Positions 37,276 through 50,045 of a stretch of 64,000 bases of DNA are shown piece after piece. The position numbers were made by a program, and so were the translations under genes. Source of the DNA: Sphyrna mokarran. Its lineage: Eukaryota. Positions within the stretch are counted from its first letter, which is position 1; each line of letters starts with the position of its first letter. The stretch is from assembly GCA_024679065.1 (NCBI GenBank), contig JAGIQG010000009.1, forward strand, positions 81,654,001 through 81,718,000, read 5' to 3'. The notes beneath the pieces are model-generated. The model searched no databases, was not told the origin of the DNA, and was given only the letters and a program-made list of their open reading frames with translations.

Positions 37276-38583
37276 GAGCATGGACATCATGGGCGATGTG
37301 AAGCAGTTTCTTTCTGTTTTACGTATTTCATTGTCCACCTTTGCAGTGGTCACAAAATAGATAACGGGCAACTTGTACCTGTGACAGGGAATTCGAAACG
37401 TTATCTAATAAACTGCCACATTAAATGTTACCACACAAGATGTGATGGTGTGTGGGTAAGAAGATGGTGTGTGGGTAAGAAGATGGTGTGTGGGTAACAT
37501 ATACGTATTGATAGAGGATTGGTTCCATAACAGAGACCAGATAGAGGTCATAGCATCTTGAAAGTGGAGTCATGGGCAGACAGAGTGCTGGAGAAGGCAT
37601 TCTGCATGCTTGGTTTCATTGATTAGAACATTGGATACTGGAATCAGGACGTCTTGTTGAAGTTATACAGGACATTAGTAAAAGCACATCTGGAATATTG
37701 TATATAATTCTGGTCACCCGATTATAGAAAGGATATTATTAAACTAGAAAGAGTGCAGAAAAGATTTACTATGAGGCTACCAGGACTTCATGGTTTGGGT
37801 TATAAGGAGAGGCTGGACTTCTTTCTCTGGAGGGTAGAAGGCTGAGAGGTGATCTTACCGATGTGTATAAAATAATGAGGGGTATAGATCAACCAGATAT
37901 TCAATATCTTTTCCCAAGGACAGGGGAGTCTAACACTAGATGGCATAGGTTTAAGGTGAGAGAGGAGAGATACAAAAGTGTCCAAACGTGTTGTAATATT
38001 TTCAAACAGAGGGTGGTGATTGTCTGGAACAAGTTGCCAGAGATAGTAGCAGAAGTGAGTACAATTTTATTTTTTAAAAAGCATTTAGGCAGTTACATGG
38101 ATAAGGTGCGTATAGAGGGGTATGGGCCAAATGCAGCAATTGGGGTTAGGGATTTTAAAAAAAGGCAGCATGGACAAGTTGGGCTGAAGGGCCTGTTTTC
38201 ATGCTGTAAACCTCTATGACTCTATGAGATAAAGTGAGGGAAAAACTGAGAGAAATAGAGGGTGGGAGAATGAGAAGAGAGAAAGAAAGAGTGAATGAGA
38301 GGGTAAACAAAGAGAGTGAGACAGGAATGAAAAGAAAGGGAGATAGCGACAGTGTGGTGGATAGAAAGAGAGACTAATGGAGAGTTACTCAGAGAGTGAA
38401 AGAGATAAGAATTGAGGGAGTGATATCAATAGAATGAGAGAGACAGAGATTGAGGGACAGATATTGAGAGAAAGAGAGAGAGAGAGAGAGACAGCGAGTG
38501 AGGGAGAGATATTGAGAGATTGAAAAACAGAGACAGAGGGACAGAGACTGAGGGACAGAGACTGAGGGACGGAGAGAGAAGAA

Positions 38584-38679
38584 GAGGAAGTGAAAGGTGC
38601 TGACGTGGTTTCTCTGGGTCAGACCATTTACAAACTGAGGAACAGGCAGTGAGACTCTCACAGGCTGCAGCTTTATAAA
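38584..38679 (+). promoter_or_regulatory. V2 promoter: ETS-IRF composite, CRE half-site, degenerate octamer, TATA
   Basis: GAGGAAGTGAAAG 38584-38596, TGACGT 38601-38606, ATTTACAA 38626-38633, TATAAA 38674-38679. Confidence 0.65.
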
Positions 38680-38738
38680 GCAGAGCCCAGTGAAGGGAGA
38701 GTTTATCAGTAACAGGCACAGGGACACGAGCACACACC

Positions 38739-38787
38739 ATGATTTCAGCCATCCAGCTGCTCTGGCCTCTGGCATTCTGCATCGCAG
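38739..38787 (+). CDS. Ig light-chain leader exon, cluster 2 (MISAIQLLWPLAFCIA-G)
   Basis: Paralogue of 9392-9440; GT donor at 38788. Confidence 0.92.
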
Positions 38788-38973
38788 GTACTAATCTCTC
38801 TCCTTCCACCTTGAATATTTTCCTGCTCTCCATTTCAATCCAATTCTCCTGACTTGTGATTGAAGGGAAAATGTTGAAAGGAGAGGAACAGTCAGTGTCT
38901 CCAACAATATCTCATTGTACAGCCTCTTTCTGTGACAGTTCTAACTTCACTCTATTTCTCAATTACCCCTCAG

Positions 38974-39271
38974 GTATCAATGGAGAGATCATCATGACCC
39001 AGACTCCCGCGGTGCTGTCAGTGAGCCTGGGCCAGACCGCCACCATCACCTGTACGGCCAGTCAGTCTGTTAGCAGCTATGTGAGTTGGTATCAACAGCG
39101 AGAAGGACAGAAACCGGCTCTGCTGATCTATGCTGCATCAACTCGATTCACAGGAGTATCCGACCGATTCACCGGCAGTGGATCTGGGACAAGTTTCACC
39201 CTGACAATCAGCAATGTTCAGAATGAGGATGTCGCTGATTATTACTGTCAGCAATATAACAGCTACGCCTA
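38974..39271 (+). CDS. IGKV: Ig kappa-like V segment 2, intact
   Basis: Open frame [95 protein letters not shown], with both canonical Cys and the Trp. Confidence 0.96.
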
Positions 39272-39299
39272 CACAGTGATACAGAGCCTTACAAAAACC
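39272..39299 (+). promoter_or_regulatory. 12-RSS of V2
   Basis: CACAGTG + ATACAGAGCCTT + ACAAAAACC. Confidence 0.97.
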
Positions 39300-39302
39300 C
39301 CA

Positions 39303-39822
39303 ACACACACAGTCCCACCTCCTGTACTGACACATCACACAGTTTTATATAAGATATAATAATGGACACACAGTCCCACCTCCTGTACTGACACATCCCA
39401 CAGTTTTATATAATATATAATAATGGACACACAGTCCCACCTCCTGTACTGACACATCCCACACTTTTATATAATATATAATAATGGACACACAGTCCCA
39501 CCTCCTGTACTGACACATCCCACAGTTTTATATAATATATAATAATGGACACATCCCACAGTTTTATATAATATATAATAATGGACACACAGTCCCACCT
39601 CCTGTACTGACACATCCCACAGTTTTATATAATATATAATAATGGACACACAGTCCCACCTCCTGTACTGACGCATCCCACAGTTTTCTATAATATATAA
39701 TAATGGACACACAGTCCCACCTCCTGTACTGACACATCCCACAGTTTTATATAATTATATAATAATGGACACACAGTCCCACCTCCTGTACTGACACATC
39801 CCACAGTTTTATATAATATTTA
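39303..39822 (+). repeat. 61-bp minisatellite, about 9 copies (one internally deleted), between V2 and J2
   Basis: Same unit as 9956-11228. Confidence 0.96.
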
Positions 39823-40115
39823 AGAAACACAAGAAAGGAAACTGAACAAATTATTTGCACTGTCCACTACACACTCCAGTCCCTGTGATGTCCACCACTC
39901 GCTGAAGGCCTCGACTTTCCCTCTTACTCTCCATGTTCACATATGAAGAGCAGCTGAAATATTTATCATCTCAAATTAGAATTCTCAACACTCCCAACAA
40001 AACACAGAAATATTGAGAGAAACAGAGAGAGAGTAGCTGGGAGAGAGATAGTGTGAGAGAGAAAGAGTGAGAGTGAAAGAGATGAATGAGTGAGTGAGTG
40101 AGTCGGAGAGACAGA

Positions 40116-40154
40116 GGTTTTTGTTCAGCTCCTGCACTGGAAGCTGTCAGTGTG
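40116..40154 (-). promoter_or_regulatory. 23-RSS of J2
   Basis: GGTTTTTGT + 23 nt + CAGTGTG. Confidence 0.95.
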
Positions 40155-40189
40155 CCTTACGTTTGCTAAAGGAACCAAACTCAGACTGA
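40155..40189 (+). CDS. IGKJ: Ig light-chain J segment 2 (LTFAKGTKLRL)
   Basis: Identical to J1; GTAAGT donor at 40190. Confidence 0.93.
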
Positions 40190-42078
40190 GTAAGTAAAGC
40201 TCAATCCTCCATTATTAACCCTTTCAATGCTGAAACTTTCTCAAACACAAATACTGAATAGTTGAAGGTGTTAGTGAGGAAGTTACAGTCAATGAAATGG
40301 CTGATTGAAGAACATTGTGTAGAACAGGGAGTCCAGCTGTATTTCTTTCCTTGCATTCCCCTCTTTAAACAGCAAGATATAAGTAAGCAGCTTTTACCCA
40401 CCGTGTGGAGGAGATCTGGACGTTTGCAGACTGTGTTCACATTCCTGCAGCATGGAGTGAAATCACTCTCTAGACTGCTGTCGGTCCCAGTGTGACACAC
40501 ACAGGCAGAGTTTGATGTGAAGTTGAACTCTCTGTCTCACTCTCTGATATAACTGATCACAGCAGCAGCACAGTGAGACACCGAGGTGCCACCTGCCCCA
40601 GCTTTCACTCTGCTCTCTCCACTCCCTGCTTATCTCTTGCTGAAGTTCTGATGACAAACAGCCACAGCAGGGTCACAATCCAGTGGCTTCAGTGTTCCAG
40701 GCTTTTGTTACTTTCTCTTTGGGATGAGTTCAATCCGACGCTTATCCTGGATCTAACATCACTGAAAATGCTGATTGTTCTCATTACTGTGTGTGGGATC
40801 TTGCTGTGTACATGTTGTGAACAGTCCTCAGACAGGATCCCTCATTTGTTAACTTCCTGAACAGGATCCCAATTGTGGTTTCCTCTGGGTGAGGAGTAAT
40901 CCGCTGGAATCCTGCCCTCGATTGGTCACAACAGGATTCATTTAAAATGGGTCCTTTCACCCGTGAAAACCTTACACAATCCGTGTAGTTTTTTATTAGC
41001 CATTGAATCCCTACAGTGCAGGAGGAGGATATTCAGTTCATTGACAGAATTATGAGAGACAGAGATAGGGTAGATATGAGGAAATTTTTCCCATTGATCA
41101 CAGAGGCAGCAGATTTTGAGAGACGTGAGGGAAATCTTTTCACCCAATTCTCCAAAAGAGCTTCTTACCCAGGCTCCCTGTAACCCTGCACATTTACCAT
41201 TGCAAACCCACCTAAAGAACACACTAGGGGCAATTTAGTATGGCCAATCCATCTAACCTGCAGACTTTTGGAATGTGATATTCCATCTACTCTCGGGTCT
41301 GGTCTGTCGAATGTAACCCACATCGGAATTTTCCAGAAGTTGGTCACTTTACATTCTCGGCCATCTTGGCTCAATCAGAGTGTCATAGACATTTACAGCG
41401 CAGAAATAGGCCCTTCAGCCCATCCTGTCTCTGCCTGCTTTCAAGCTCCTAACTATTCCAATCCCATTTTCCAACACTTGATCTGTAGCCTTGTATACCT
41501 TGCAATTTCAAATGCTCATCTAAATATTTCTTAAATGTTGTGAGGGTTCCTGCTTCCACCACATTTTCATGCAGTGAGTTCCAGATTCCCAACACCCTCT
41601 GAGTGAAAAGGTTTTTCCTTCAATCCCTCAAAATCTTCTGCTTTTGAAATTAAATCTCTGCTCCCTGGTTTTTGAATCTACTGCTAAAAGGGGAAAAGTT
41701 CCTTCGTATCTGCTCTATGTCTTCATAATTCTGACCTGCTGCAGTTATACAGGGCTTTGGTGAGGCAGCACTGGGAATATTGTGCACAGTTTTGGTCTCC
41801 CTATCTCAGGAAGGATATTTTTGCTGTCGAGGGAGTGTAGAGAAGGTATCCCAGACTGATTCCTGTTATAATGGGACTGATGTATGAGAAGAGATTGAGT
41901 CGTTAAGAATTATATTCATTAAAGTTCAGAGGAATGAAGAAACATCTCATGGAGACTTATAAAATTCTAACAGGTTAGGGGGAATAGTGAGGTAAATACA
42001 TGGGGTTTATGGGCCAAGAGTTGATGCAGATTCGATAGGCCAATACAGGAAGCATGTTCCCAATGCTGGGAACATCCA

Positions 42079-43558
42079 CAATACTCCTCACTATTTGATT
42101 ACTAATGGTGTGCCGCAGGCTAGGTACTGGGACCTCTTCTATTTGTAATATATATAAATGACTTGGAAGAGGGAGTAAGTGGAGTGATCAGCAAGTTTGC
42201 AGACGATAAACAGATGGCTGGACTTGCAGATAGCGAGGAGCATTGTCAGGCAATGCAGCAGGACATAGATAGGCTGGTAGCTTGGGCAGACAGATGGCAT
42301 TTGGAATTTAATCTTGATCAATGTGAGATGATGCATTTGGGGAGAAAGAATGTAGGGGGAAGGTATATGATAAAAGGTAGACCTATTAAGAGTATAGAAA
42401 CACAGAGGGACCTGGGGCTGCAGGTGAACAAGTCTCTGAAGGTGGCAGAGCAAGTGGAGAAGGTTGTGAAGAAAGCATATAGTATGTTAGCCTTTATAGG
42501 AAGGGGTATAGAGTACAAGAGCTGGCCTTTAATGTTGCAATTGTATAAAACGTTGGTTAGACCTCATTTGGAATACTGCGTCCAGTTCTGGTTGCCTTAC
42601 TACCGGAAGGACGTGGAGACTCTGGAGAGAGTGCAGAGGAGGTTTGCCAGGATGCTGCCTGGTATGGAAGGTCTGAGTTAGGAGAAGAGGTTAGGCAAAT
42701 TGGGACTGTTTTCCTTAGAAAGACGTAGACTTATAGGAGATCTAATAGAGGTGTACAAGATTATAAGGGGTATAGATCGAGGATACAGGGTTAAGCTTTA
42801 TCCTAGGATGGACTCAAATAGCATGAGGGATCATGGCTTAGGGTGAGGGGGGTAGGTATAATTTGCATGTTAGAGGGAGTTTTTTCACACAGAGGGTGGT
42901 GGGGGTGTGGAATGCGCTGCCAAGTAAAGTGGTGGAGGCAGGTAGTCTGGAGTTATTTAAGAAATACTTAGATGACCACATGAACAGAATGGGAATGGAG
43001 AGGTATAGGAAACTGATTTAAAATAGGGATCATGAGGCTTGGGAGTCCCCAGGAAGTGTTTACATAGATGATGATATTGATGTACTTGTTTTTATCCTGC
43101 TTTGGTCCGCCTTGTTGTCTAACGAGGGGCATACATGTGATTGGTCGTGACAGGGCTGCTCTTGGATTTTTTTTTCGACAGTATCCTAGTGCTTTACATC
43201 GTTAGTGTATGCTTGACCTAGACCATTTGATAGGCAACACGACAGCTCAGTGACTAACACTGTGCTGTGCAGATACATGGATTTGGGCCTGTGTCTGTGG
43301 GAGTTTGCACATTCTCCCCGTGCTTTCGTGGGTTTTCTCCAGGTGCTCCGGTTTCCTCCCACATCTCAAAGATGTGCTCTTAGCTAATTGCAAAACAAAT
43401 TCTCCCTAAATTGTCTCAAATTTGGTTTTTAATCCATCGATCTATAAACATTGACAGGGATCTCGGGTAGAGGTGGGAGCATCGGGGTGGCAGCACGGGC
43501 TCGTTGCGCCGAAGGGCCTGTTTCCCGTGCTGCTTTGTTCTTTGTTTTTTGTTCTTTG
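42079..43558 (+). mobile_element. CR1-clade LINE 3' part with long 3' UTR containing SINE-like head and core
   Basis: RT ORF 42163-42681, UTR homologous to 14790-15190, TCCA duplication, empty site at ~16165. Confidence 0.88.
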
Positions 43559-44220
43559 TCCAGTTTGAGGCATCATAATCTGAGAATATGGGGTAAACCT
43601 TTTAGGACTGAGGTGAAGAGAAATTCCTTCACCCAGCGAGGGATAAACCTGTGGAATTCATTATCACAGAAAGCAGGTGAGGGGAAAATATTGTACGTTT
43701 TCAAGAAGGAGTTAGATTTAGCTTTTGGGGTGAATAGGATGAAAGAATTTGTTGAGGAAGACAGGATCTGACTACTGATTGGATGATCAGCCATGATCAT
43801 GATGAATAGTGGAACAGGCTCAAAGGGCCAAATGGCCTATTCCTGTTCCTATTTCCTGTGATTCTCTGCAGACCAGTATTTATCACCCATCCCTAATTGC
43901 CCTGGTGAAGATGGTGCTGAGGTGATGGAATAAGTTCTACTCCAATGAGTATCAGCCCAACTTACTCAAGCTTTCCTCGTAAGACAATCCCTTACTCGGT
44001 GGAATCAGCCCAGTGAACCATCTCTGAAATCTTTCCAATTCTACTATATCCTTCCTTAAGTAAGGAGACCCTAAGTGTCCACAGTATTCTCAGTGTGATT
44101 TTCCCAATGTGCTGTAGCAAAACATCCCTCTTTTTATACTCATCATCATTGGAATGAAGAGCAACATTCCATTTGTCTTCCTAATATTTTTCTGTTCCTG
44201 GATGCAAAGACACACAGATC

Positions 44221-45126
44221 ATAGAACATAGAACATAGAACATAGAACATAGAACATAGAACATTACAGCACAGAACAGGCCCTTCGGCCTTCGATGTTG
44301 TGCCGACCAAAATAAAAGCAATGCCCCTCCAAACTAAACCATTCCCTTCTCTTCCATATACTTATCAATTAACCTCTTAAACGCCACCAAACTTGGCGCA
44401 TCTACAACAGCTGCAGGCAGGGCATTCCACTCCCTAATCACTCTTTGAGTAAAGAACCTACTCTGATATCCGTCCTATAACTCATACCCCTTAATTTAAA
44501 GCTGTGTCCCCTCGTGCTAGCTTTCTCCATCCTAGGAAAAAGGCTATCACTGTCCACCCTATCTAAACCTTAATCATCTTATATGTTTCGATAAGGTCTC
44601 GTCTTAGCCGCCTCCTTTCTAACGAAAACAACCTCAAATCCCTCAGCCTCTCCTCATAAGACCTGCCCTCCATACCAGGCAACATCCTGGTAAACCTCCT
44701 CTGTACCCTCTCCAATGCCTCCACATCTTTCTTATCATGTGGCGACCAGAACTGCACACAATACTCCAAGTGCGGCCGCACTAGAGTTTTGTACAGCTGC
44801 AACATGATGCTGCGGCGCCTAAATTCAATCCCCCTACCAATAAAAGCTAAGACTCCATAAGCCTTCTTAACAACTTTATCCACTTGACTGCCTACTTTCA
44901 GGGATCTATTGACACATACACCAAGATCCTTCTGTTCCTCAACACTATTAAGAGCCATACCATTAGCCCTATACTCTACACATTTATTGTTCCTGCCAAA
45001 GTGCATTACCTCACACTTTTCCACATTAAACTCCATTTGCCACCTCTCGGCCCAGCTCTGCAACTTGTCCAAGTCGCTCTGTAAACTAAAACACCCCTCT
45101 TCACTATCTACCACTCCACCAAATTT
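44221..45126 (-). mobile_element. Young CR1 3' fragment
   Basis: (ATAGAAC)n tail, RT C-terminus; empty site at ~16822. Confidence 0.92.
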
Positions 45127-47714
45127 CACTCGATAGAATTTCTCCAGTTTACTAGTATTCTGCTCGATTCTCCTGCCACAGTGGACAACCTCATTTTCCC
45201 ACATTATTCCCCATCTGTCGATGTTTCCCCACTCACTGAACCGATCTCTATCCCTTTTCAGACTCTGTATCCACCTCACAACATGCATTTCTATTTTTCA
45301 TTTTATCATCAGCAAGTTTAGTGACATTCCTCTCATTTCTTATCATCCAGCTCATGAATATAGATTATAGAGTTAAACCCCAAACAACAACCATCTTCCT
45401 TTGTGCCGGGTACAACTCCAACCAGTGGAGAGTTTTCCCCTGATTCCCATTGGCTCCAGTTTTGTGAGGGCTCCTTGATGCCACACTTGCTGAAATGCTG
45501 CCTTGATGTTGAGGACAGTCTCTCTCACCTCACCTCTGGAGTTCAGCTCTTTTGTCCATGTTTGAACCAAGACTGTAATGAGATCAGGAGCTGAGTGATC
45601 CTGGTGGAACACAAACTGAGTGTCAGTGAGCAGATTATTGCTGAGTAAGTGCTGCTTGGTATCGCTCTGGATATGTTCAGATCACATTGCTGATGATCGA
45701 GAGTAGACTGATGGGGTGGTTATTGTGTAGATTGGATTTTTTCTGTTTTTTGTGCACAATTCATAACCAGATAATTTATCACAATGTTGTGTTAATGCCA
45801 ATGTTGTTGATGTACTGGAACAGCTTGGTTAGGGACGCGGGACGTTCTGGAGCACAAGTCTCCAGGATCTCCGGGGAAGGTCGAGATGGATCATTCACTC
45901 GGAACTGCTGGCTGAAGATTCCTGCAAATGCTTCAGCCTTATCTTTTGTACTGATGTACTGGGTTCCCTCATCATTGAGGATGGGAATATTTGTGGTGCC
46001 TCCTCCTCCAGTGAGTTGTTTAATTGTCCACCACCATTCACGGCTGGATGTGACAGGACTGCAGAGCTTAGATCTGATCCATTGGTTGTGGGATGGTTTA
46101 ACTCTGTCTATCACTTGCTGCTTCTGCTGTTTGGCACACAGTCTCTGTGTTGTAGCTTCACCAGGTTAACACCTCATTTTTCAGTCTGTCTGTTGTTACT
46201 CCTGGCATGTCCTCCTGCACTCTTCATTGAACTGAAAGCAGCAGAGAATCCACAGAAACAGACTGATGTTTGTCTGATGTGTCTGTGTGTTTATTAGATG
46301 TGACTGAGCAGATAGCAAGAGTTTCAGCAGCAACAAAGATGTTTATCTAGTTCACCTCCCACTTTCCCCATCCACTTCCAAAATCTTCATGGGGAAAGGG
46401 CCAGCACCTGTCATATCCTCCCCTCTAAACTACAGGCCTCCCATCTTTCAGATGAGACAATCTGATATCTGCCCTCTCAGGGGGTGTAAAAGATCCCATG
46501 GTACTATTGGAAGAAGAGCAGGGGAGTTCACCCCGGTGAACTGGTCAATATTCATCCCTCAATCAATATCACTACAAATCTGCTGATCTGTTCTTTCTCA
46601 CTCTGCTCGCTGGGACCTTGCTGTGCACAATGAGCTGTGAAACACATTGGGACATTCTGAGGTGGTGACAGGTGCTATAGAAATGTAATCCTGTCTTTGA
46701 GATTGAAGATTCCTGATCCTGACTCTTTCCCATTATCCACACACTCACACCCTCCAGAGATCATGGGGTCATTCGGAGCAGTGACCCTGTCTGACCCCTG
46801 GACACTGAGACTAATTCTAGCCTCACCCTTGACCTCAGCCCAGTGCTGGACAGTAAGTTTTGAAATGAAATCTAGAAGCTTCTACACCACCTAATCGAAA
46901 TCCTGTGTGAAGTGTGTTGATCCAAGTCTGCTTCAATGCTCTGGGATAAAGTTCTCCTGATCTGTGTGTGATCTGAGGTTTGTTGATGCTCAACCCGTTT
47001 CCCCCAGACAGACTGAGCAATAGTTCCAGCTCCCTGATTGGTTAACAGTCTCTTAAAGGGACACTGTGCCTTTAAATACTCTAAAAATTAACCATTTCAG
47101 TGCTGAATTTGCTTCACAAGTGTTTTAGTAACATTGCAAAATGATTTTACCAGTTTCAAATTAAACCTTTACTCTCAGATACTGAACTAATTTGATATTG
47201 AATGTGCCACTTTCCCTTGGATCGCAACAGCTTTTAATTTTAAATGCCCGTTATCTGTCCTCCAATCCACCCACACCAACATCTACAGCCAGAGGGGATT
47301 GAAAATAATGGCCAGTCTCTGCTACTTCTTTCCTTGCTTCACTTCGCATCCTCGGATACATTTCACCCAGCACTGGGAATTTCTCCACTTCAAAAGATGA
47401 TAATCACATTAATATCTCCTCCCACACTATCATTATCCAATTAATTTTTCACAATCCATCTCCGTCTGAACTACAATGTCAATTTTGACCCTCTCATTTG
47501 TGATATCCAAAGTAAATTATTCATTAAGAACATCTCCTTGTCTTCTCCCTCCACACACAAGTTACCTTTTTGCTCTCTAATCAGCCCTATTTAATCCTTA
47601 GTTATTCTCTTTGCAATGTCCTACACTATTGCTTGATGAACATATATGTCCTGAACTCTATCATTAAGAATTTAGCAACACCAATTTTAAATCCAACCGA
47701 TTTATTTGATAGTA

Positions 47715-47757
47715 AATCTGCGAGCTTTCGACACTCTTGTGCCTTCGTCAGGCAAAT
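47715..47757 (-). ncRNA. Minimal type I hammerhead ribozyme motif in Penelope repeat
   Basis: Minus strand reads AUUUGC-CUGACGA-A-GGCAC-AAGA-GUGUC-GAA-AGCU-C-GCAGAU: stems I and II pair, and stem III is the palindrome AGCU. Confidence 0.75.
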
Positions 47758-48449
47758 GCAGTGTTCTGGTCTGCAATCGCACACATATCAACACAGACAG
47801 TCACAGATTGCTGATTAGAATGCGAATCCTTATATCTAACCTGCTATTCAAGTGTTAAAGTGGCTAACAATGTGTGTGAAGGTAATCCTGAGCATTAGTT
47901 AGTGAATTGTGTATTTTCTCCAGACAGCACAGTAAGTGAGGTTTTTTGCTAACCCAGGCAAGTTACGTTGGTACATTGGGGAGCCCATGCAGACACTACG
48001 ACAGTAGATGAATGAGCATCGCTCAACAATCACCAGGCAAAACAGTTCCCTTCCTGTGGGCGAACACTTCAGCAGTCATGGGCATTCGGCCTCTGACCTG
48101 CGGGTAAATGTTCTTCAAGGGGGCCTTCGTGACACACGACAGCGCAGAGTCGCTGAGCAGAGACTGGTAGCCAAGTTCCGCACACATGAGGACGGTCTTA
48201 ATAGGGATCTTGGCTTCATGACACACTATCTGTAACCCCCGTAACTTGCCTGGGTTAGCAAAAAACCTCAGTTACTGTGCTGTCTGGAGAAAATACACAA
48301 TTCTCTACCCAATGCTCAGGATTACCTTCACACACATTGTTAGCCACTTTAACACTTAAATAGCAGGTTAGATGTAAGGATTCGCATTCTAATCAGCAAT
48401 CTGTGACTGTCTGTGTTGATATGTGTGCGATTGCAGACCAGAACACTGC

Positions 48450-48492
48450 ATTTGCCTGACGAAGGCACAAGAGTGTCGAAAGCTCACAGATT
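48450..48492 (+). ncRNA. Second hammerhead motif copy (one stem I mismatch)
   Basis: ATTTGCCTGACGAAGGCACAAGAGTGTCGAAAGCTCACAGAT. Confidence 0.65.
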
Positions 48493-49165
48493 TACTGTCA
48501 AATAAATCGGTTGGATTTAAAATTGCTGTTACTAAATTCTTACTGAGTTCTTACTACCCCAGTCCAATGCCGGCATCTCTACATCATGAACTCTATCTCC
48601 AGCTCGAATATCCTCCCACTGCTCTGACACTGATTTACCTTCAAGTCACTGTTTCCTTTGCATTTTGGCAAATTCCAGTTTAGTGAAATTGGCCTTTTCC
48701 CATTTAAAACGTTTACTCTTGATCGATCTTTCCCCTTTTCCGGAGCTAGGCTAATCGGAAAAACAAATTCTCCCTAAAGTGTCTCAAATTTGGTTTTTAA
48801 TCCATAGATCTATAAACATGGACAGGGATCACTGGTAGAGGTGGGAACATCGGGGTGGCGGCATGGGCTCGTTGGGCCGAATGGCCTGTTTCCCGTGCTG
48901 TTTTGTTCTTTGTTCTTTATTCATTATTACCCAAATGCTCTCTCACTGATACACCTTCCACATGCTGAGTTTCATTGTCTAAAACTGCTAAAACTGACCC
49001 TTCTCTTGTTGGGATTGTTCCGTACTGGTTAAAAACGTTCCCCTCGAATGGATTTTCAGAATTCTGCAACATCAAATCATTGACACTGATTTGATCCCGG
49101 TTAATATTCGGGATGTTGAAAGCCTGAAAATGGCAGTGATTAAAATTCCTTCTCTTCTCTTCCAG

Positions 49166-49494
49166 CCCGTGAGAATTCACAACCCACGCTGACCCTGCTG
49201 CCCCCCTCCCCAGAGGAGGTCAAGACCAAGGGCACTGCCACCCTGGTGTGCCTTGCCGATCACTTCTATCCCGATGAGGTGGAGGTGAAGTGGAAGAAGG
49301 ACGGTGCAGCCATTTCCAACGGGATTCAGACCAGCAACTACCTGCGAGCTTCGGACAACACCTACAGCGTCAGCAGCCTGCTGACCCTCTCTGGCTCCGA
49401 CTGGGAGTCCAACGCTCGCTTCTCCTGTGCCCTCACCCACGTGAGCCTCTCCTCTCCCCTCAGCAAGAGTGTCAGGAGTTCAGAATGTGCCTAG
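49166..49494 (+). CDS. IGKC: Ig light-chain constant exon, cluster 2, copy a
   Basis: Intact acceptor and frame; 2 nt differences from C1 seen (one D>N). Confidence 0.93.
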
Positions 49495-50045
49495 AGTGTT
49501 AGAGACAGTCCACAGAGGAGACACAACTTGGAATAGATCAGGGGTGAGCTGGGAGGGTAAAGGTCACTGTCAGCATTGAACTACAATTCTCTTCCTTCCT
49601 GGGACTGGGTCTGAGACACTTCTGAATTCTCCTAAAGTGTCTCAATTTGGTATTTTAATACCATAGACTCCTAAAACAATGGACAGGGTATCTACCTGTA
49701 CAGGTGGGAACATCGTGGCCTCGGACGGTCGCGGGCTCCGGTGTTGGGGCCGAATGGCCTTTACCGTGCTGTTTTGTTCTTTGTTCTTTAATTCTTAGTA
49801 CCCAAATGCTCTCTCACTGATACCCTTCCACATTGCTGAGATTTCATTGTCTAAAACCTGCTAAATTGCCCCTTCTCTTGTTGGATTGTTCCGTACTGTT
49901 TAAAAACGTTCTCCGCTCGAATGGATTTTCAGAATTCTGGGCAAACATCAAATCATTGACACTGATTTGATCCCAGTTAATTATTCGGGATGTTGAAAGC
50001 CTGAAAATGGGCAGTGATTAAATTCCTTGTCTCTTCTCTTTCCAG

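Larger units (their letters stand above)
47663..48586 (+). mobile_element. Penelope-like retroelement: GIY-YIG C-terminal fragment between ~300-bp inverted repeats
   Basis: YIGEPMQTLRQ*MNEHRS..PVGEHF..EQRLVAKFRTHEDGLNRDLGF. 47664-47967 is the reverse complement of 48240-48542. TGAACTCTATC target-site duplication. Empty site at ~22327. Confidence 0.9.

Noticed and set aside
37009-37497. Repetitive Trp/Pro-rich ORFs
   Set aside because: Products of the 44-bp minisatellite.
38856-39359. 167-aa ORF as a single-exon gene or germline-joined VJ
   Set aside because: It is the V2 exon read through from intron into RSS. V and J are separate with intact RSSs, so neither cluster is germline-joined.
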